Below are positions 35,293 through 44,070 of a stretch of DNA of 63,080 nucleotides, one piece after another. Numbering within the stretch: the stretch's first letter is position 1; every line of letters begins with the position of its first letter. The translations under genes and the position numbers were made by a program. Source of the DNA: a virus (lineage: Duplodnaviria > Caudoviricetes); the IMG/VR virus record IMGVR_UViG_3300022562_000858, positions 1-63,080 of that record, one strand, 5' to 3'. A model generated the notes under the pieces. The model was given only the letters and a program-made list of their open reading frames with translations, had not been told where the DNA came from and searched no databases.

Positions 35293-35847
35293 ATGGGATG
35301 GGACTACTACCCGAAGCCCGACAACGTACGGCAGGACTTGGACGACAACCGCACATGGACCAGCGAGCGCGGCACCTACCGCGTGCTCAAATCCGCAATC
35401 GTGAGGATGCGTGAGTATTACGCAGCCGTCGAATTCATCGACAAGGCGGGAAGCCGCACCGTGTTCTGCTCCGTCGCCATGCTCGATTTCCGTCCGCGCG
35501 ACCCCGAGGGCTACACCTTCGGCAAGAAGGACATGGACGAGACGATGGGGCCGAACATCGACAACTGCCCCGCCGCGATCCTCGACCTGCTCACCGAGCC
35601 CGAAAACGATTGGGCGCGCGATTGGCGCATCCGGTGCCGGGCAAAGATCACCGCTCGCCAGAATCGCCCTCGGCTCGTCGACGGCGCACGCATCAAGCTG
35701 GCAGAGGCCGTGCACTTCCGCAACGGCACGAAGCGCGACACCTTCACGGTCGAAAAGCAGTTTCGCACCGTTCGCTTCCGCGGCGAGGACGGCGGCTACT
35801 ACCGCTTCCCTCGTCACTACCTCGACGGCGCTACCCGCGTCGACTGA
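35293..35847 (+). CDS. DUF6927-like protein (184 aa)
   Basis: MGW start, YYAAVE, FGKKDMDETMGP..CPAAILDLL..ARDWR.RC pattern. Confidence 0.75.
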   Translation: MGWDYYPKPDNVRQDLDDNRTWTSERGTYRVLKSAIVRMREYYAAVEFIDKAGSRTVFCSVAMLDFRPRDPEGYTFGKKDMDETMGPNIDNCPAAILDLLTEPENDWARDWRIRCRAKITARQNRPRLVDGARIKLAEAVHFRNGTKRDTFTVEKQFRTVRFRGEDGGYYRFPRHYLDGATRVD

Positions 35848-35879
35848 CCACCACCACCACCACGATCCAGGAGCTACCC

Positions 35880-36308
35880 ATGACGCAGGCAATCCCCAAA
35901 GAGCTACACGACGCCATCCACTCCCTGCCGCAGTTCATCGGCCCCGAGCAATTCTCTGTGCTGCGCGGCGCGCTGCAGGGCGAGGAACAGCAATGGTTCG
36001 CCCGCACGCTGGCCGACTTGGCGGCGCGCATCGGCTCGATGCCCAAGGTCTACGAGCAGGACGGCAAGGGCGACGAGGCCATCGCCTACCTGCACTACTT
36101 CAAGGGCGCGGCCGACTTCTACATCACCGAGAAAGACAGCGACCCGGACGGCGAGGGCCAGATCCAGGCCTTCGGGTTGGCCGACTACGGCTACGGCGCG
36201 GAGCTTGGCTACATCAGCATCAAGGAGCTGCTCGCCGCCGGCGTGGAGATTGATCTGCACTTCGATCCCGCCACGCTGCGCCAGATCAAGGAAAGCCGCT
36301 ACCGGTGA
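35880..36308 (+). CDS. DUF2958-like protein (142 aa)
   Basis: YEQDGKG..AYLHYF..FYITE..AFGLAD..ELGYISIKEL..EIDLHF. Confidence 0.78.
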   Translation: MTQAIPKELHDAIHSLPQFIGPEQFSVLRGALQGEEQQWFARTLADLAARIGSMPKVYEQDGKGDEAIAYLHYFKGAADFYITEKDSDPDGEGQIQAFGLADYGYGAELGYISIKELLAAGVEIDLHFDPATLRQIKESRYR

Positions 36309-36370
36309 GCCGGTCCCTGCCCGGTCAGAGCGGGCAGTGGCAGTCTCACCACCAACCACAGGAGGCAACC

Positions 36371-36616
36371 ATGCGCCCCGATCAGTTCAATCGAATCGTG
36401 CAGTACGTCATCAACACCCGTGACCTTTGCGGTAACGAGCGCGAGGCCATGATAGACGCGGCGGCAGACGAAGGGCTCAAGCTCACCGCCGAGGACCGCG
36501 GCAGAATCATGGGGCAGGTCAACAAGGTATGGGCCGACTGGCAGTGCGCGGCCCGCGTGACCAACCCCATCAGCTCCGACGAGCGTGCGCAGATCAATCG
36601 CGCGCTGGAGGATTGA
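36371..36616 (+). CDS. Island hypothetical protein (81 aa)
   Basis: AGGAGG SD. Confidence 0.7.
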   Translation: MRPDQFNRIVQYVINTRDLCGNEREAMIDAAADEGLKLTAEDRGRIMGQVNKVWADWQCAARVTNPISSDERAQINRALED

Positions 36617-36618
36617 CC

Positions 36619-36804
36619 ATGAACCGTTGCGATGATTGCGGGCACCAATGCTCAGACGACGAACTCAAAGTAACCCTTTACCAAATCCCGCACCTGCTTG
36701 AGCGCATAGAGCCTGGTGGTATAGTGCCGGCTGGAGAGTGCCCTAATTGCGGGGCACTCACGTACCCCGATTACAGCCTGCAGACCAATGGACAACAGGA
36801 CTAG
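36619..36804 (+). CDS. Island Zn-ribbon protein (61 aa)
   Basis: CDDCG...LERIEPG..VPAGECPNCGAL; GGAGG SD. Confidence 0.7.
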   Translation: MNRCDDCGHQCSDDELKVTLYQIPHLLERIEPGGIVPAGECPNCGALTYPDYSLQTNGQQD

Positions 36805-36976
36805 ACTTCGCAAGTTGGTAGAGCGCCACGAGCTCACGCAGCAGGAGGTTGTCGACATCATTGCTGACGAGACCGGGGACCAAGTGACAAAGCGTGCCGT
36901 TCAGCACTGGCTCGGCGGCACGCGCCCCTGCCCCGGATGGGTACTGCGAATCCTCAAGCTGCACCTAGAGGGCTAG
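36788..36976 (+). CDS. Small XRE-type HTH regulator (62 aa)
   Basis: LTQQEVVDII...VTKRAVQHWLGG; last gene of island. Confidence 0.75.
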   Translation: MDNRTRLRKLVERHELTQQEVVDIIADETGDQVTKRAVQHWLGGTRPCPGWVLRILKLHLEG

Positions 36977-37227
36977 TCGCCGTCCCGCCCCTGGTCCACC
37001 ATCGGCTGTAGTAGCTTCATCGCGCCGGCCTGCAGCGCACACACCACGCTAGGCCCCTCGCTGTCCGGTCCGGCGCCGAATACCTCCAGCGTCGTCCCGA
37101 GTAGCACCACCCCGACGCAGCCCACGCGGCCGTAGGCGCCGTCCTCAATCTCCTGCGCAATCTCACGCAGCGCCGATACCGGATCGCGGTAGTTCGATGC
37201 GTACAGCGTGGTGACTTCGGCAACCAT
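36973..37227 (-). CDS. Hypothetical protein (84 aa)
   Basis: TGATG-coupled; MVAEVTTLYASNYRDP. Confidence 0.6.
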   Translation of the reverse strand: MVAEVTTLYASNYRDPVSALREIAQEIEDGAYGRVGCVGVVLLGTTLEVFGAGPDSEGPSVVCALQAGAMKLLQPMVDQGRDGD

Positions 37228-37442
37228 CAGAAGCGCCGCGCCTTGACCCCGAAGGCCAGCAGCGCGAATCCGATCACCAGCAGCACGGCGCCAACTCGGC
37301 CCCACGCCGGCGCAGCGCCTATCCACTCAGCGCATACCAGCCCCGCCCCGCAGCATTCAATCAGCACGGACGTGCGCCACGTGCGCGCAGTCGGCGGGGT
37401 GTAGGCCGGTCCGCCGTCAGGCCACAGCACAATCTTCGTCAT
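37227..37442 (-). CDS. Small membrane protein (71 aa)
   Basis: TAATG-coupled; hydrophobic C-terminal segments. Confidence 0.5.
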   Translation of the reverse strand: MTKIVLWPDGGPAYTPPTARTWRTSVLIECCGAGLVCAEWIGAAPAWGRVGAVLLVIGFALLAFGVKARRF

Positions 37443-37717
37443 TAGTGCCAGTACCCGAACGGCTTGCGACACGAGGGCACGCCGCCAGGCCACATATCCC
37501 AGCGACCGACCTGCAGGGTTGGGGCATCGCCCGTCTTGGTCTGCCTGACCATCAGCCACTCGTGATAGCGCAGGTACTCCGACGGTGGCATGTAGACCGT
37601 CGCGCCCGTCTCACGGCCGCCGCGGTCGTCCATGATGCCGACGATCACCTGCGCCTGGTCGGCCGCGTGCGCAGCGCCGGCGATAGCCAGCAGGCACGCG
37701 GAGACAATGCTACGCAC
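37442..37717 (-). CDS. Putative secreted protein (91 aa)
   Basis: MRSIVSACLLAIAGAAHA signal-peptide-like N-terminus (GTG start). Confidence 0.55.
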   Translation of the reverse strand: MRSIVSACLLAIAGAAHAADQAQVIVGIMDDRGGRETGATVYMPPSEYLRYHEWLMVRQTKTGDAPTLQVGRWDMWPGGVPSCRKPFGYWH

Positions 37718-37904
37718 GGCGCGTGCCGTTCCTGCGTCCACCGGCCGATGCCACGCGCCTCGAGCTGCCACGCCGCGAACTCTGGTCCTTCTTGGGCGGC
37801 TTGCCGCCGCCGGTCATCTGTTCCTCGACCTCTTTGCGGACCGTGCCGCGGACCGCCTCAGCGGCGTTTTTGGGCTTGCGGGGGATCGTGCTGCCTGATG
37901 CCAT
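37710..37904 (-). CDS. Small basic protein (64 aa)
   Basis: GGAGG-5nt-ATG. Confidence 0.55.
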   Translation of the reverse strand: MASGSTIPRKPKNAAEAVRGTVRKEVEEQMTGGGKPPKKDQSSRRGSSRRVASAGGRRNGTRRA

Positions 37905-37918
37905 GGTGGCCTCCACGT

Positions 37919-37951
37919 AAAAAGGCCGGCCCCGAAACGGGAACCGGCCTT
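37919..37951 (-). terminator. Terminator just downstream of the late promoter (tR'-like)
   Basis: AAGGCCGGTTCCCG-TTT-CGGGGCCGGCC-TTTTT. Confidence 0.75.
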
Positions 37952-37981
37952 GTGTGATGTGATACCTCTGGTGACAGTAGA

Positions 37982-38010
37982 ACTTTGTGGGAAAAGTGTC
38001 AGGTTGTCAA
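37982..38010 (-). promoter_or_regulatory. Putative late promoter (pR'-like)
   Basis: TTGACA, 17 bp, CAAAGT, upstream of a terminator and the late genes. Confidence 0.55.
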
Positions 38011-38312
38011 GCAACTGGCGGGGCATCAGGGGGCCAGGATTGTGCATCGCCGCACATAGGGCAATACGGGAACCCGCGGTCACTGAGGCGAAACAGATCG
38101 TTTCCGCATGAGCAGGTCCAGTGCATTCCAGAATACGCGACGTGTCCCGCCATGCGGCCATACTCCAGCCCGCACAGCGGACAATCCAACCAGGTTGTCC
38201 CAACAGGCGCCACCGCGACCCACTCGTGATCGCACAGCAGGCAGCGCGCCTCACCTGATAGGTGCGGCGTGCGCTCCTGTCGCTCCCGATCCAAGTCGAT
38301 GATGTCAGCCAC
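38007..38312 (-). CDS. Double Zn-ribbon protein (101 aa)
   Basis: CLLC, CPLC, CSC, CPMC; GTG start. Confidence 0.7.
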   Translation of the reverse strand: MADIIDLDRERQERTPHLSGEARCLLCDHEWVAVAPVGTTWLDCPLCGLEYGRMAGHVAYSGMHWTCSCGNDLFRLSDRGFPYCPMCGDAQSWPPDAPPVA

Positions 38313-38568
38313 GGCGTAGCGTGTCGATGCTGCGCACGGCGCGGCGCGGTATGCGAATGATCCCACTCGCCTGCAACGACCCGCCCTCTGCTTCCCCGAT
38401 GTTAGGGGCAAGTAGGAACCGCCGAGGGTTTTCGTCGACCAGCCATCCCACCGACTTGCAGAGGACTGTTCCCCACTCTCGGAAATCTTCGCTATCTACC
38501 CACACCCAGCGCGGTACCGGCTGCGCGCTGTCCTCCCACTCGATCATCACCAAACGCGGATTGCTCAT
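38305..38568 (-). CDS. Hypothetical protein (87 aa)
   Basis: VMIEWEDS...SVGWL...IP pattern; ATGA-coupled. Confidence 0.7.
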   Translation of the reverse strand: MSNPRLVMIEWEDSAQPVPRWVWVDSEDFREWGTVLCKSVGWLVDENPRRFLLAPNIGEAEGGSLQASGIIRIPRRAVRSIDTLRRG

Positions 38569-39086
38569 TCCAGCACCCCAATGCCCCGGAAGGGCTCGTA
38601 GAGCCGGCCGACGACACGCAGCCGCCAAGCCTCGATTTCGTTGCGAATCTGGCGCCCCCACTCGGCCGTGGTCTCGTGCGACACCCCGTAGCGCTCGGCC
38701 CATGCCCGGCTCGATTTGTGCCGGCGGCCGATCACCGCGCGAATCTGGTCCTCGATGAACCAGCGGTCACGTTTGATCTTGCGTCGCAGGCCTTCGCGCA
38801 GATCCTTCATGGGCTCCAGGTCGTAGCCGTAGAACACCCGGAGCAGCGCCCACTCAGAATCCACCGTGCAGCGGCGTGCGAGCCCGAGAATCAGCGCCGC
38901 CTGCGCGTGGCACCCCCATAGGCCCAGCTCGCTCACCACGTCCGGCGCGTCCCTGAGCTTGCCGGGCTGGTGGATCAGCTTGTGCCAGGAGGGAGACGTG
39001 AATACCTCGCGCGCAGCGACGTTGAATGCCCAGGACAGCGCTTCCTCTACGCTGCCGAATCGCTCGTTGACGGCGGGCTCGCTCAT
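38565..39086 (-). CDS. Putative late-gene regulator (Q-like position, C-terminal HTH)
   Basis: SSRAWAERYGVSHETTAEW HTH; near end of early-right operon before promoter and terminator. Confidence 0.6.
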   Translation of the reverse strand: MSEPAVNERFGSVEEALSWAFNVAAREVFTSPSWHKLIHQPGKLRDAPDVVSELGLWGCHAQAALILGLARRCTVDSEWALLRVFYGYDLEPMKDLREGLRRKIKRDRWFIEDQIRAVIGRRHKSSRAWAERYGVSHETTAEWGRQIRNEIEAWRLRVVGRLYEPFRGIGVLE

Positions 39087-39093
39087 GCCGCTA

Positions 39094-40620
39094 TCAGGCT
39101 GCCTTCTTCTTTGCCTTGCGCGATGCCTTCGCCTTCTTGGCCTTCTTCTTCGCCCGTTCCTTGCGCGCCTTCTCCTTCTCGCGCCAAGCGGCGATTTCCT
39201 CCTGCTCGATAGCTTTTAGATCGACGCCGACCGACTCCAGCGCTTTGCGGAACCGGCCCGTGTCACCGTAGATGCCACCGCCGTAGTAGGCCCCGCGCAG
39301 CATGACCTCGAACGTCACGCCGCGGAGCTGCTCGAACGGGAGCGCGTCGATGCCGTTGTTCGCAGCCGCCCGGTAGTCGAGCTGGTTGTACTGCCCCTTG
39401 ATCGGCTCCCACCCCCTGCTCTTACACAGCGCCTTGCATCCCTCGTGCCACAGCTCCGAGACCATCGCCTTGACAACCTCGCGCCCGTCCAGCGTCTCAA
39501 GATCGAGCGCGCCAGCCTGTCTGATCGCTCGCTCTCGCGCCTTGGCCTTGGCCTTTTGCTCGGCCTCCTTGCGCCGTATCTTCTCGTCGACACGAGCGCT
39601 CCCGGTGAGCGATCCGCCGCGGTGCGTCTTGCACTTCGGTTCGACGCACACGTTGACCACCTTCCCGATCTGCGCCCCGTTGACGAAGATCCCGGCGCGC
39701 ACGTGCTCGCAAGAATCCTTCTTCACCTGCTGCCAGCGGTCGCGCGTGATCGCTTTGCTCTTTTCACCGAACGAGGACCACCGCTCAGAGAGCTCTACCG
39801 GGTTGCGGCCTTCGGCTTTCAGCTCGTCGCGCCGGCGTGCCAGGTGCGCCGCCACCTTGCCCTTGAAGCATTTGCGATCCAGGCAAACATCCTTCTTTGC
39901 CAAGTCCGGGAACAGCGCCGGCGTGAAGCCTGAGCGCTTCGAGCACGAGGTACACGTCCCCGCCGCCGGCACCAGGTCGGCGTCGTCCTTCTTGAACGCG
40001 GCACCGTGCAGGTCGCAGTGAATCTCGCTCTCGATCTGACTCGCAAGCTCCGCAACGCTCAGGGCTCGCCACCGACCGACGCACCACCCGACTGCCTCAT
40101 TCTGGTCGGCGGGCTGCAGGCGCGCGATCAGCTCTGCGTGGCCGGCGTTGATCTTGTCGGCCTCGAAGGCCTTGCGCGCCTTCGGCGTCAGGTGTGCGAG
40201 CTGCAGGCGGCGGTAGACATAGCTCTCAGACTTGCCCACCTTCGCCGCGATCGCCGGGACGTCCATGCCGTGCTCATCCTTGAGCGACTTGTAGCCGTTC
40301 GCCTCGTCAAGCGGATGGACGTCGGAGCGCTGCAGGTTCTCGATGATCGCCAGCTCGAGCGCCTGTTCGTCGGTGAGCTCGCGCACCATCGCGGGAATCT
40401 CTACCAACTCAGCCGCCTTCGCCGCGCGGTACCGGCGCGCTCCCGCCACAATCTCAAACTGGCCATCCTTCCCGTTCGGCCGCACCAGAATCGGCTCCAG
40501 TACGCCGACCTCGCGCACGCTGTCGGTCAGTTCCTTGTGCGCCTGCGGATCGTGCACGCGGCGCGGGTTGCGCTCGGATTCCGAAATCGCGGTAAGGGGT
40601 ATTACATGAAACTCATTCAT
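39094..40620 (-). CDS. parB: ParB/Spo0J-family protein (508 aa)
   Basis: NPRR..EL..SV..GVLEPILVRP..GARRYRA..ENLQR, HTH, Cys cluster. Confidence 0.88.
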   Translation of the reverse strand: MNEFHVIPLTAISESERNPRRVHDPQAHKELTDSVREVGVLEPILVRPNGKDGQFEIVAGARRYRAAKAAELVEIPAMVRELTDEQALELAIIENLQRSDVHPLDEANGYKSLKDEHGMDVPAIAAKVGKSESYVYRRLQLAHLTPKARKAFEADKINAGHAELIARLQPADQNEAVGWCVGRWRALSVAELASQIESEIHCDLHGAAFKKDDADLVPAAGTCTSCSKRSGFTPALFPDLAKKDVCLDRKCFKGKVAAHLARRRDELKAEGRNPVELSERWSSFGEKSKAITRDRWQQVKKDSCEHVRAGIFVNGAQIGKVVNVCVEPKCKTHRGGSLTGSARVDEKIRRKEAEQKAKAKARERAIRQAGALDLETLDGREVVKAMVSELWHEGCKALCKSRGWEPIKGQYNQLDYRAAANNGIDALPFEQLRGVTFEVMLRGAYYGGGIYGDTGRFRKALESVGVDLKAIEQEEIAAWREKEKARKERAKKKAKKAKASRKAKKKAA

Positions 40621-40990
40621 GGGGTATCTCCTGAATGTGTACGACGGCTTCCCCGCCCTGCTTGACCTCTCCCCGCTTGATACGCAGGTCGTCGATCTGA
40701 CCGTCGTCGATGAACACACGAGCCTTCTGCAGTGCATCCAGCAGCGGCTTGAGACGGTTGTCGACGTCGTAGGCTCTGCGTGTGGGCGCGTAGACCTCGA
40801 TTTGAACGGATAGACGACCCTCCAGCGGCCGCCCGTCGAATTGATGCCCTACGTAGCCCTGTACGTCCTCTGCATACTCCCGGCCCTTGCGACTAATCAG
40901 CACGCGCGGGTGTTTGCCCATCATCACCGCGCGGTAGTACGTGTTGGCGCTCGGCGGCCAGGGTAAACAGAGGACGATGGGCTCGCTCAT
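40613..40990 (-). CDS. rusA: RusA Holliday junction resolvase
   Basis: LPWPPSAN, DVDNRLKPLLDAL, DDGQI. Confidence 0.92.
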   Translation of the reverse strand: MSEPIVLCLPWPPSANTYYRAVMMGKHPRVLISRKGREYAEDVQGYVGHQFDGRPLEGRLSVQIEVYAPTRRAYDVDNRLKPLLDALQKARVFIDDGQIDDLRIKRGEVKQGGEAVVHIQEIPHE

Positions 40991-41211
40991 GCCGGCGTGT
41001 CGCCTCCGCTCGGCACGCTCGCATCCGGTTCCTCCAAAGGCACCGGATCGTCCGGCAGCTCGTGGATGATGTCGTAGATGTCGGGGCCGCCGCGCTCCAT
41101 GATCGCCTGCCGGTAGGCAGCGCCGACCTCCGCGATCTGCGGGACAGGCAGATTGACCTCGCCGCCCTCGATGTTGCGCGCGATGTAGGTGTTCATATCG
41201 GTAACTCGCAT
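40987..41211 (-). CDS. Hypothetical protein (74 aa)
   Basis: AAGGAG SD; MRVTDMNTY. Confidence 0.55.
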   Translation of the reverse strand: MRVTDMNTYIARNIEGGEVNLPVPQIAEVGAAYRQAIMERGGPDIYDIIHELPDDPVPLEEPDASVPSGGDTPA

Positions 41212-41213
41212 GG

Positions 41214-41414
41214 TCACTTCTCCTTCGGCACGTAGCCGGTCGATACCTGTTGGCACCACGGAAACCGTAGGCCGTTGTCGCAGGCCCACCGTCCCAGCAC
41301 TTTCACACCGCGCCGGCACGAGTGGCAGCCCTTGATCTGTTGCGCCTCCCTGCGCATAAGCTTGCGCAGGATCGGGTTCTGGTACGGATCGCCGGTGACG
41401 GGATCAGGCCGCAC
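41214..41414 (-). CDS. Small Cys-containing protein (about 66 aa)
   Basis: CHSC...C...C; start uncertain. Confidence 0.45.
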   Translation of the reverse strand: MRPDPVTGDPYQNPILRKLMRREAQQIKGCHSCRRGVKVLGRWACDNGLRFPWCQQVSTGYVPKEK

Positions 41415-42135
41415 TCGTTTCGTCACCCAGCATCCTCTCGAGCTCGTTGACCACACCAGCCAGGTCGCGCTCGACGGCCGCCGCAATCTCGTAGTTCTCC
41501 CGCGCGGTTTCCAACTGCTTGCGCAGCTCGGCGCGTACCTTCTCCAGCTTTTCCTTCGCCGTGCGCGCGGCAAAGATCGGGACAAGGTTCCGTTTCTGCT
41601 CAGGCTCGGGCATCACGTCTGTTGCCGTCTTTGTAGCGGCCAGTTTGGTTTGCGTCGGTTGCGGCATTTCCGGTTCCTCGATCTTCTGTGCGGATGTTTC
41701 CGCTTTGTTCTTCTCTGATTTGCCTACGAAGGCATCCACTTCTCGCTTCACTCGTGCACGATCTAGGTAGCACTGTCGGCAATAGCGCCCTGCCCCTTCG
41801 TTTCGAGGCCCTCCGCACGCTTCGCACTTTGGTTTAGCGCGGGCGCGTTTTCGTTCTCTGTCGCGGCGCAATTCTTCTGGCTTGCGCCACTTGGCCGCCT
41901 CCCGATATGCCCGCCTTCCCTCATCACTGAGCGTGTAGCGTCGTTGTCCACAATCGAGGCCTGCAACCTCGACGTACCCTCTGCTCTCCAATGCGCGCAC
42001 CACCGATCCAATCTGGTCGATGTCCAATGCGTCCTTCCGGCAGAAGCCGTATATCTCACGCACCAGCAACGCGCGCCCGTGCAGTGCCGTGATCACACGA
42101 TCCGCCAGCGTCGGGATGGGGCGTCGTTCGGGCAC
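41404..42135 (-). CDS. Winged-HTH plus Zn-finger protein (243 aa)
   Basis: VVRALESRGYVE..RRYTLS wHTH; CEAC..CRQC; GAGGA SD with GTG. Confidence 0.65.
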   Translation of the reverse strand: MPERRPIPTLADRVITALHGRALLVREIYGFCRKDALDIDQIGSVVRALESRGYVEVAGLDCGQRRYTLSDEGRRAYREAAKWRKPEELRRDRERKRARAKPKCEACGGPRNEGAGRYCRQCYLDRARVKREVDAFVGKSEKNKAETSAQKIEEPEMPQPTQTKLAATKTATDVMPEPEQKRNLVPIFAARTAKEKLEKVRAELRKQLETARENYEIAAAVERDLAGVVNELERMLGDETSAA

Positions 42136-42146
42136 GCAACAGTCCT

Positions 42147-43430
42147 CTACGCCACCCGGTTCATGCTGATCTGTTCCGTGAAACGCTGCTCGCGCCCGTT
42201 GAACAGGTACTTCGCCGGCAGCCATCCCTTCTTGCCGCCGCGGTTCTTCAACAGACCAAGCTCGACAGGAACCTCCTGCTCCAATTCGTCGTCCTCATGC
42301 GCGTGGATGAACAGCGCCACGTCGGCGTCCTGCTCGATGTTGCCGCTGTCGCGCAGGTCCGACAGTTCGGGCCGGCGCTTGTTCTTCGTCACGTCACGGT
42401 TGAGCTGCGACACGGCAATGATCGGAATTCCCAGCCGCTTGGTCAGCTTCTTCAACTCGCGCGTGACCGCGCCAAGCTGATCGTTGCGCGACGTGTACCC
42501 GGTCGTCTCGACCAGGCCTATGTGGTCCACCACCGCGAAGTTGATGTCGTGCTTGCGCTTCCATTCCGTGATGCGCGAGACGATGCCACCGAGCGAATAC
42601 GTCTGATCATCACCCCACACCGGCAGCTCCGCGTCCATCGACGGGATCTTCGATTTCACGAACTCGACGACGCCGGGATCAGCGAACGCGAGTGCAGTGC
42701 CGTTGATCTGCAGCAGGTTTGCAAAGGCCCGTGTACCGAGCTCGTGGTACGGCATTTCGAGCGAGCAGATACCGGACCGAAAGCCGCGCTTCGCACCGTG
42801 CAGACACCACTGCAGCGCCAGCGCGGACTTACCGAGAGACGGCCGCGCCGCCACCACCCACAACCTTTCCCCGTGCAGGCCTCCGGTACGCTTGTCGACC
42901 TCCGGTAGCCCGGTGGGCGAACCGATGACGCCGTGATGCCGGCGCTTCCCCGCATCCTCCACCGCCAGCAGCGCCGCACGCAGGATCGACGGAAACCCCT
43001 GCTCCGAGCCCATGCCGTCGTGCGATACGCTTTCGAGCTGCGACTGCGCCGCGGCCACGACTTCATCGACAGGCGCCGTCATCGCCTTCTCACGCGCCTC
43101 ATCGAGCACCGACAGCACGCGCCGCCGCCGCGCCTTGTCGACCACGATCTTGGCGTGCGGGGCGATACGCGCGCTCGGCGCACCCTGCGCCATGCGGCCC
43201 AACCGCTCCAGAGTGCCATCCCCCTTCATGCGATCGGCTACCGTCACGACGTCGGCCACGTCGCCGGCGCCAACCATGGCGCTGATCGTCGCAAACGCCC
43301 TGGCATGGAACGGCGACGCGAAGTGCTCTGCACGCAGCGCCTCGATGTCGTACAGCGCGCGGTTATCCAGGAGCAGGCCGCCGATCACCGCGTTCTCGGC
43401 TTCGGGCGAATGGTCAGTAGGGGCTGGCAT
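42147..43430 (-). CDS. dnaB: Replicative DNA helicase DnaB
   Basis: AARPSLGKS, SLEM, VVDHIGL, SQLNR, DLRDSGNIEQDAD, KNRGG. Confidence 0.95.
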   Translation of the reverse strand: MPAPTDHSPEAENAVIGGLLLDNRALYDIEALRAEHFASPFHARAFATISAMVGAGDVADVVTVADRMKGDGTLERLGRMAQGAPSARIAPHAKIVVDKARRRRVLSVLDEAREKAMTAPVDEVVAAAQSQLESVSHDGMGSEQGFPSILRAALLAVEDAGKRRHHGVIGSPTGLPEVDKRTGGLHGERLWVVAARPSLGKSALALQWCLHGAKRGFRSGICSLEMPYHELGTRAFANLLQINGTALAFADPGVVEFVKSKIPSMDAELPVWGDDQTYSLGGIVSRITEWKRKHDINFAVVDHIGLVETTGYTSRNDQLGAVTRELKKLTKRLGIPIIAVSQLNRDVTKNKRRPELSDLRDSGNIEQDADVALFIHAHEDDELEQEVPVELGLLKNRGGKKGWLPAKYLFNGREQRFTEQISMNRVA

Positions 43431-44070
43431 CAGCGTACCGTTTCGGTTTTGTGTCTACGGGCAGGTTCGCCCAATTGTTGCGAATGGCCTCCATGAAAGC
43501 GCTGTCCCAATCGACGTACTTGTAGCCCTTCGCCTTTGCCTTCGCCTTGAACGCTTCCAGGTGTTCGCCAAGCCGGGCGTGTCCTTTCTCGGTAGCCCAC
43601 TTGCGCACGCGATCAGAAATCTGGAAGTCAGCCGGGAGGGGGGTTTTCTTTTTCTTTTGGTCTGGTCTGGTCTGGTCTGGTCTGGTCTTGCATGACTGAG
43701 TCATGACCCCATCATGCTTATCTCTGATTTGAGCCAGAAGGCGCCTCATTTCAGGGCTTGAAGTCATTGACTGATCGAGTCTTTTTGCGATCTTGAGGCA
43801 GGTGATAATGCCCCCACTGTTCTCGAACAAACCAAGGTCCACCATGAAGGTCATCATTTCCTGCACCCGCTCCTGGTGGATGCCCGTATCGTCCGAAATC
43901 AGCTCTGCATCGTGTTCCAACTCGAAGGTCAGATTCTCGGTCGACAGGTTAGATACGATCAGCTCGATGCAGTGCCAGTACAGGCCATAGCCCTCCATCC
44001 CGTACTTGCGCACGACCTTGCGCAGCTTCGCGTCCCGGTGCGCGTCGGAGTCGTGCTTAAACCACCGCAT
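43414..44070 (-). CDS. Phage replication initiator (O-like, DUF4373-like N-terminus)
   Basis: MRWFKHDSDAHRDAKL..YGMEGYGLYW; C-terminal YVDWDSAF; upstream of dnaB. Confidence 0.8.
   Translation of the reverse strand: MRWFKHDSDAHRDAKLRKVVRKYGMEGYGLYWHCIELIVSNLSTENLTFELEHDAELISDDTGIHQERVQEMMTFMVDLGLFENSGGIITCLKIAKRLDQSMTSSPEMRRLLAQIRDKHDGVMTQSCKTRPDQTRPDQKKKKTPLPADFQISDRVRKWATEKGHARLGEHLEAFKAKAKAKGYKYVDWDSAFMEAIRNNWANLPVDTKPKRYADASPY
43643..43720. repeat. Putative replication origin: CATG-centred repeats, (GGTCT)x6 and an AT tract
   Basis: GGTCT x6 at 43659-43688; GCATGAC, TCATGAC, TCATGCT at 43690-43718; T-rich 43644-43658. Confidence 0.6.
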
